Part shown: piece after piece, positions 52,801 to 61,800 of the stretch
How the letters are laid out: each line of letters opens with the position of its first letter
Numbering within the stretch: the first letter of the stretch is position 1
Assembly (NCBI RefSeq): GCF_002571385.2
Contig: NW_019217882.1
Location: 564,891 to 628,890, forward strand
Reading direction: 5' to 3'
Length of the DNA: 64,000 nucleotides
Source: Stylophora pistillata
Taxonomy: Eukaryota
The notes under the pieces: model-generated
Databases searched by the model: none
Seen by the model: the letters and a program-made list of their open reading frames with translations, nothing else
What the model was told of the DNA's origin: nothing
Translations under genes and position numbers: made by a program

Positions 52801-55800
52801 CGTATCACTGGAGAATTACAGAATATGGCAATCTTACGACAACCGAACATCACTTTCTTAAAGTAGTTTTAAACAAAACTGGAACATTCACGGCTAGTGT
52901 CCTTGTAGATAAATTGGTCGCCACAATGGCAGCATCAGTTAGATTCATTGTGCAAGAAAAGATTAACGGCATAATACTCCGGTCTAGTGGTTTCACTTGG
53001 CTGAGGAGTGCTACTCGCTTTGAATTCACCCTGTCAAAATTTGATGACGGAAGCTGTTTTAATCTTACCTTGAACGACTCATTAAACACAAAGAAATCCC
53101 AGTGCTCAGAGGGGAAAACAAGAAATTACTTTTTTTCGTGTAACCACACCTATCTCTTCGAGGGTAATTACACGGTTTGTCTCGTTGTTTTCAACAAGGT
53201 GTCAAAAGTAATACGTTGCTTGGGGGTTGAAGTCTCAAAACCAGTTTGTAAGATAGAAAACGTTTCGATATCGGCGAGGAAAGAAGGAACCAACGCATAT
53301 CGAAATAGCTTGAAAGTTTTGAAATACAAAAGATCTGATAGCTTTGAGCTTCAAGGGATTTTTATCAACGGCTGCTTTTTACCGACTTCAAAGAATATCA
53401 AGCTTCTATGGATAATAAAGCGAAAAACATCTGAAAGCAAGGAGCCTGAGGTTGAGGGAGAAGACTCTGGTTCTGTATTAAAAATCGGTCCTCGTTCTTT
53501 GCAGTACGGTAGCTATGAATTTCAATTTGTTGTCGAGCTTGTAAGCCTCGATGTAATTAAACTCTATGGGAAAGTGGCAGAAAATTACTCGATCAATGTG
53601 CAAATCGTTCGTTCTCCGTTGGTTGGCGAAATAAGCGGAGAAAAGAAACTAAATCTGAGCACGGTAGACACCCTAAGGTTGGTTGCATCATTTCATGACC
53701 CTGATCTGCCACCAACGATGGACCAACAGGGTATGGTCTATTACTGGTATTGCAAGACACCGGTAGGTCCGCTTGCTCAGGCTGAACACTTTGTTCACTG
53801 CTATGACGATGCGTTGAAGCCTGAAAACTTCATTAGAATTCTTTCTTACGCGGAGTTCACCACAAGACTGAACAGCTACCATGAAAATAGATATTACATA
53901 TTCACGGTCGTAGTTACGAAGTATGATCTCCCACCTTTGACAGACAATGTTACAGTGTTTGTTTCACCTCCACCTCCATCGCCACCCCCTCCGCCGCCAA
54001 CAATGGAAATAAGGTACGTTGTTGGTAAATGTAGAGTAATATATTTCTAATTGACTACTTTGTTTCGTTATGTTATTCGTACAAGGATTGATTGATAATA
54101 TTGTACAAAAGTGTTGCAATCGATAACTTACCATTTTTCGCAAAACGTAGCCTGGAAAGGTACAGGAGTAATTATAGCAGTCGCGACATATCCCTATTTT
54201 TCTAATGAATTATCGTCTGTACTAAGTGCTATTAAGAGAAAAATAGAGTCTCTCTCTCTATGTTTCGTGGTGATGTATAATATTTGTATATCGAATTCTA
54301 GCCACATCTTAGTGGCTTATTGATGGTATACGAATCATTCAGTCTGATGAACTTCTCCCTCTAACTTTTGATCTTACATGAATAGTTAACAACACTTCAT
54401 CATATCATTATCTACCTCATTATTGTTGAATGTTGGAATGCATAGGGCTTCGAAGTTAATTACACCGATTTTAACCTACTTTTCCAACTTTTGGAACAAT
54501 TATTGCCCTACACGTTTTTCGTATTTTGATGTATTTTGTGTCTGCTGATTTTATTCTCTCCTTATCACAGCCACCTGTGAGCTTCAAAATGCTGCAAAGA
54601 TTAGGAAATTGGCTTGTCCAAATGACATTCAATAGTTTTGCTTATATTCAGTGCTCATGCAGTTTTTTTGTCGTAGAGAATGGGTAGCCCTAAAAATTTA
54701 TTATAGGTATTTTGTTTTAAGTACATGTAACTACTGTTTTGTTTTTCTTAATTTATCAGCTGCCTATATAGCGATTGTCCGCGTAAAGTTTCCCCGTCAG
54801 TGAATCTCAGACTTAAGGCTGTTTGTGTACACGGATGTGGAGTCTCCAATCTGTTTTATCGATGGCAGTTTTTCATTAAAATGGAAACTGAATTTAAATC
54901 GCTGGAGTTTCCAAGCGAGTTAAACGTAGAAACCGATGACGATGACTTCATTGTCCACTCTTACATTTTTGAAAATATTCTGGGCCAGGGAGGTGAGGGT
55001 CTTGTTCAAGTTGAAGTTTGGAGAGACGGCGGTCAAAGGGGCTTTTCCAACAAGACTATAACAGTTAATGAGCCGCCAATACCAGGCAACTGTTCGTGTA
55101 TTCCGTCGCTGGGTGAGGGCTACAAAACAAACTTTCAGGTCGTATGTGATAGCTGGATTGATCCAGACAAACCACTCCGATATAGCTTTAGTTATGGCGA
55201 TGGCAAGACAGTTTTGACTTCCACAGAAAACCCTAGCTCCTCAAAACCTTTTAAGATTTATAAACAGCCAACAGATGGTGATAATTCAATTCTCGTAAGA
55301 ATTACAGTATCAGTTGAAGATTCACTCGGAATGAGGTCTACCATGTCTGTCTTAGCAGAGGTAAGATAGTGTAATTTTTAAGTTTTAGGTAAATTTTACT
55401 TAGTCGTAAATTTTGTTTTATTTTTTTCATTGCCATATTTGACCCAGCTACTGAAAAATATTGAGTTAGAGACATAACTTTTGCAGCTAACTGACGCATC
55501 TTGTTATATGGCATGGCAGTCACCAGTTAATCCAGGCGTTCTATTTGGTTCTTACTTTCGTCGGGATTTTGCCATCCGGACCTTTTCCACGGAAAAGGTC
55601 ATCAGCGGAGTATTTTTGTTGTCGAAAGCCGGTAAATTGAAAATAAACAAGTTTTGGTCCGAGTGCCATATAACAGACTACTTGCTAATCTCGCTTGCCG
55701 TGCTACCACGCGTACAACCCCGGACCAATATTCCTCAGTGTGGCTGGCTATCGCACTCGGTTAACAAGGAGTTGATAATCAGTTTATACCCACTAATTAG

Positions 55801-58800
55801 GGGTTCTATATTTATTGACTGATTAGTTTGCTGGTTGTTTAATTATACCTATTTAGTCTACAGCTGTGCTCATATAATCAACACATCTGATCAGATTTTC
55901 AAGACATATTTTATGCGTTTATTTATTCATTAATTTTTGCACTTAGGTAAAAAAGGCAGAGAAGGCAGCAGTAGATCTGGGAAGTCTAATAAATAACATA
56001 GATTCTGAAAGTACACCTATAAACAATGAGGAGCAAGCTGGAGAGGAATTACAAGTCTTGGGAGACACTTTAGCGCAGCTCCAGCTCTCCAGTCAGCAGA
56101 ATTCTGTTTCAAAAACCGCGGTGTCAAATGCAGTGACAACAAGTAGACCAACAGTCAACCAAAATGGAGACAAGGAAGACGAGCAGCAGAATGATAAAGG
56201 AATGGAGGCAGGAGACCAATCTCAAGAAGTTATAGCCACCACCCCACGGCCAACAATGTCACCAGAACAGATACAATACGCCACAGTAAGCTCTATCGAA
56301 TATGTTGTTGTCATGGCCTCTGTTTGCTAATCAACCGCATGTGCTCGCTGATGGTCGATTTTTTTTCCTGAATAGGGAGCTGCGCCGGTAAAGAGTGCGC
56401 TAAAGTTCCAGGTTCGATCTCTGGCTGGGTCGTTGCGTTATGACCTTAGGCAAGACACTCCCGCACTCTTTTAGCCTTTGTGCATTCAAGATCTAGAGTT
56501 TTCGAGATCGAGTAGCATTTACTTTAAAATTGCAGCCTACCTAAATATCCAAGGTCTTTAGGTTACTTCCTACCTTCGCGGATGTCCTTCGGGAAAAAAC
56601 TCGTACGCGCGCTAGTTTGAAGAAAACCCTAACAAACTATACATTACTGAACAAAGCTTAATAAATGCAGTTTACAATAAAAATATAATTTAGGCGATTT
56701 TTTCATTTAGGAAGTGCCATGAGCCGGTACGGTGTGAAACGACCAAGGGTCTTTCTATTGAATTTATCGGGTATCGGATCCCGCGGCACGAGAAAAATGG
56801 CTGCACAGTCTCATTCACAAGGCATAAATCAAGAAAAGCGTATCAGGCTTTTCCGATATTCTGATTGGTTGTCTAGATATTCGCATCTGAAGTTAGAGTA
56901 GCGAAAGATATGCGAAGCGTGTTGCGTAAATGGACACTACGTAAAAAAATATTTCAAGTATCAAAATATCCTGACACTCTTTTGTTCGTAATCATCCCAG
57001 GAATGTGTTGGCGAAATTTTACGAAAATCGGTCAAATCTACATACCCTATAAATTCGCTCAAAGTGCATGTATTCCTCTCAAAATCAAATGCGAGATTTT
57101 AGCTCCTAAAGGTTTGTAAACAACTAGCGCCACTCCAGGAGATTATCTTGCCTCTTGAAACCACAAACCAATGAGAAGACGAGGCCTCGTAGCGTCAATG
57201 ACAATGGATCAAGGTTTTCCCGGGAAAAGTATCGCGTAGCAGTCACGTTTTTTTTATCTCACTCTGTTAATCGTTTAGTACTGGACGAAGTCGGCGAAGG
57301 AAAAACCCGCGGAAGAAAGGGTAAATCTGTCGCATTATTCTTTTTCTCCATCGGTTTCGTCAGATTCCGACGAAGAATCGTGTTTACAACCTGTGGTGTT
57401 TACAACTTTTCGCTCCGACGAAGGGCTAACGCTCGAAACGTCAGCTTTTATAATCGTAACGGCGGCCAATTTACCATTTCAACTTTGTTGATATATTCAA
57501 ATTATTTTACAAACTGTGGTGTTGACTTTAATTTTTAAGCTGCTTGCCCCAAGGATAATCGAATGCTGCCGATCTTCAGCGGATGCCGAGGANAACGAAG
57601 AAAAACAGCTAGACGACCTGGAAATTTCTTCAGTTATTGAAGAAAATAGAAACAGCAACACGACAACGCGCCAGTTCCGTTCCGCTTCGCATACTTCTGT
57701 CACGCACTCCCCGTAAATAAACATCCGCGAAATTCGCTCGCACTGAAATAACAGTTTGGCGTGTTGGATAATAAATAACTTATTACACGTTTTGTTGTGT
57801 AGTATCGCTAAGTATTTTTACTCGTTATTTGTAAATTGACTCCGCCTACAGGCTCGTCAAAATACGGCACAACTCGAAAAGATACTCAGCGATACTACAC
57901 AACAAAAGTCTAATAAGATATATTTATTTGAAAATACGTTTTTGTAAATAATTCGGACGCTTTTTGAGATTTTAATTTTTTTTTCGTAAACGTAAGTTAA
58001 AATGTGTAACTTGAATCTAGTCCAAAAAAAAATCGACTTTTTCGGCCTCTCAAGGTAGGAAGTAACCTTAATTCGGAAAAAAAAAGAAAAAAAAAAAAAG
58101 TTGCGCTTCATCGAGGTAAAATACAATAATATTTAAGTCTTATCGTTTGTCTCTATGAGGTGAGTTGCGATGTTTTGACTGCATACCGCTAGTTTTCATC
58201 GGGCGATAAGATCAACCTTATCACCTGATAAAGACTAGCAGTATGCAGTTGAAACGTCGCCATTCACATCATAAGTGACCACATCGTGAATTAAACGATG
58301 AGACACTATTCTGATTGGATCCAAGGTCCTTTTCAAAATATGCAGAAGGCCGATCTATATTTTTATTTTATTAACCCATGTATTTGGCTAATCTAGTGTG
58401 ATTCTGCTACTGTTTCAAAAATTTTGATTTACTATCTTTATTCCAGATCATCGAGAAGAGTATATCGAAGTTATCCCTTGTCGCAAGCATTGTGGCCAAA
58501 AGCAATAAAACAACTGTTAGTGATTTTCTTGTTCTGAGTGATACCCTTGAGACAGCCACAGCCAATACAGATATGCTGACGTTAACTGCACGGGTAAAAT
58601 ACAAATTTAGCTTTTAATTATCAAGATATCTGTTACTGTACCTAGCTGCTTTTGAAGCTTAAAGTTACCCCTTTTATGTATTTGGAGCAGGTTGGTTAAT
58701 TACTTATTATTATTTATTATTATTTAGCTTCGCCTAATTACTTCATGAAAACGTTAACATAACTCCTGACCAGCTGCAAAATTGTGGGTGCTATTTTTGG

Positions 58801-61800
58801 CGATTGACCAGAGAGTGGTATCAGCCTGATAAAAGACATAAACAGTTTTTGACATCGAATAGTCATGCCTAAATTCATCTTGAAGACAGGCAGCCTGGCT
58901 GCTTTCTTATTCCTCCCACCACAAAAGGGAGAGATGGATTACCGATCGCTCGTGTACTTATTTTCGCGCACTTTTTATTTAAGAAAATTGTGCAATTTTT
59001 ATTTTTACTTTAAGGAATAGATTTTGAGTTAACACTTCTTTTTCTCTATCCTAGGACGACAGTGCGAGATTGCTGAGCGAGATAACAAAAGCTGTCTTAA
59101 ATAGACCTGATGCACCATTGTCCTTCCTTGAGCGGATGGCAGCAACAATTATGAGAAGCGCAGTGAACATGCTTAGAAGCTTAGCAAGGGGCCCTTCCAT
59201 AAGTCGTGATGGTACAATACATGATTGCGATGATTTAGTAAAGGTAAGGAACATATGTAATTGGTTTACAATCCAAGCAGGTTTCTTTTGATTTCTTTGC
59301 AATCAGCATTTCTTTAAACTATGATAAATGTTGAGCTCCTGAAATAAAACAATTTATCCTTTGCTCTTCACATTCAAAATTGATTAAACTGAAATAATTT
59401 CAAAAATAGATTCTACAGTGACGATTAAGGCTGTTGATGCCTTTTTTTTTTCATGTTTTTAATTGTGTGTTTGTTTGTTTGTTTGTTTTTTTTTTCTTGT
59501 TTCTCTATGTCTGCTTATTTTCTTTCGTTGGCTAGCCTTCTACTAAAAAAAAAAAAAAAAATTTAAACCTGTTACAGCTAACTTTTCTATAGGTTTTCTT
59601 GCTTGCAAAGTGTGTAAAATATATCTCAAAAATGTGTTCTCCTTAAAGGAAAGGAGCAGAAATGCTTCCAAAGAAATCCTGAAAGCGATAAACAACATGT
59701 GCGAAGCTATCTTAAAGAGCAAAACTCCTGGCGATGGATACACAGTGATTAACACCACAGCAATAGAAGCGAAACTTCAAAAGACACTCGTGAGTTTCAT
59801 CAATAACCTTACGATCGTCCAGGACCTTGGAAAGTTCACACTACCAAAAGACGAATTGTTTCCAGATACGAATCATACGCGTGAGAACACGTTAGGCCTT
59901 CAGGTATGCCATATTACCAGGCAATGTACGATTTTGTTTGAATCAACATTTAGAACAAAATTAGATTAACATCAGTACGCGATGAACTTCAAAAAAATTG
60001 TTTCTTCTCGTTTTCCTTTCGATTTCAATGCTATAGCCGTCATGATGCTTGAACTTCATAAACACATTTTACTTGTTTTCTTATCTTAATGACGAATTCT
60101 CGTTTAAAACGTTTGCTGTTACCGCATGATCTCTCAAAGTGTGTTCTTAGCAAATGTTGAATAATCTGCAAGACTGTCTCTGTCGTTTGAGAAGAGTGTT
60201 GCTTTCCTGCACCCGAAATTGTCTGGGTTCACAGTGTGCGAAATTCTCGGACGCGTTCATTTGATTATCAAACAATCTAATGTGTCAACTGAGTTGAAAA
60301 TGTGAATTGGCCACCGTAAAGAGTTTCTTTAGAAATTAACCCCCTTTATTCATTTGATTACAGATGGTTTCTTTCGTGGATAATCCTTACCAAAACTGCG
60401 ACAACGATAACATCACTTCTTCGGTGGTCGCTTTAGAACTGAAAGAAACCAATGGAAGCAACTTGTTAGTCAGTGGTCTAAAGAATGAAATTGATATTCG
60501 AATCCATCACAAATGGCGTGGTTTTGATAGCGATCGAGAAGCCTTTGTTCTTCAACTGGATGAAGATTCATCCAATTTCCACACTTTCAACTACAGCTTT
60601 CCCCTAGCTGCAGTAGCAGTAGAGTTTTTGTCCAGTAGTAAAAATGTGTCTAGTTGGGAAATCATGATAACACCTGGTAGAAGGCCAACAGCTGAGATTA
60701 ATCTGGTCTCGTGGTCTTTCAAAGATAAGGGGAGAACGTTTTTCCTTTTGGAGTCTAGTTCCTTCACAGAAATGGGAAAATACTTCCTGAGAGTAAAAGC
60801 AACACCTAGAACTCTAATGTCTCCCGCACAAAAGAATGTCAGTGTCAATGTCTCGTACAGTCTTAAGATATCTGTTCTAAAATGCCTTTACTGGGATAAT
60901 AACATACAAGGCTGGAATCATGATGGATGTAGGGTGAGTGTGATTTGCTGATCAAAATGTCAGTTTGAAATACCAAACTTCCTAATGTTTTAAAATCATC
61001 CGTTTTCCAATTATTTGATAGATAATTGTGGCTCACAACTGCCGAACTTGGCATGCAAATCACTCCCGAATAAAAACATGACAGCTTCTTATTCTTTACT
61101 GCAACAATTACAACTCCTCTTTCCATTTTTTTTAAATTCATTGAAAATGTACTTCTGCCAACTCAGTCATAACAGTATTTTTTTACATACCATTTATAAG
61201 CCCTCAAAACGTCGAGAAGTGCAATTACCCTTCCCTCCCTCCTAAGAAATAAGGAAAGCTCTGTCCTTAGTATCAGTAACTTTCTACAGTATGTACAGTT
61301 GGACCCCGATAATTCGAAGTCTCAAGGGAAAAGCAAAATAGTTCGAATTATCGGGGGTTCGAATTATAGGGGTCAAAAATAAATATGCAATGTTTACCCC
61401 TGCATAACCGCACAAGCTCCAGCACATAAATACATGCCAATTAGCACCTCGGTAAAAAGCCTAAATTGAAAAACGATACCGACAAAGTGATCCACTTCCG
61501 CTAAAAGTGTGATTTAGCGTGTATTGTTTACTCATATCGCTTCCTTGTCATTAGACGCATGCACTCAACTGCTAGATACCGGCTTTGAATTTATTAAATC
61601 AAGCTCTGCTTAAATAATGGTTTGCCCAAGGAATGATGCTTCGCTTCAGATTAACTCCTACATAAAGGCATATCACGACTACCAGGAAATCTGGAAACCA
61701 AAAGTGAATGAAAAACTTTCAACCAGAAGAGAGGCCCATAACCCAGTGGACAAATATGCTGTATGTGTGTTGCAAGATCAAGAAACCATTGTTGGACATC

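Noticed and set aside
56375-56470. Degenerate tRNA/CORE-like SINE fragment
   Set aside because: Only a B box and a short GGCAAGACACT match; too little to call.
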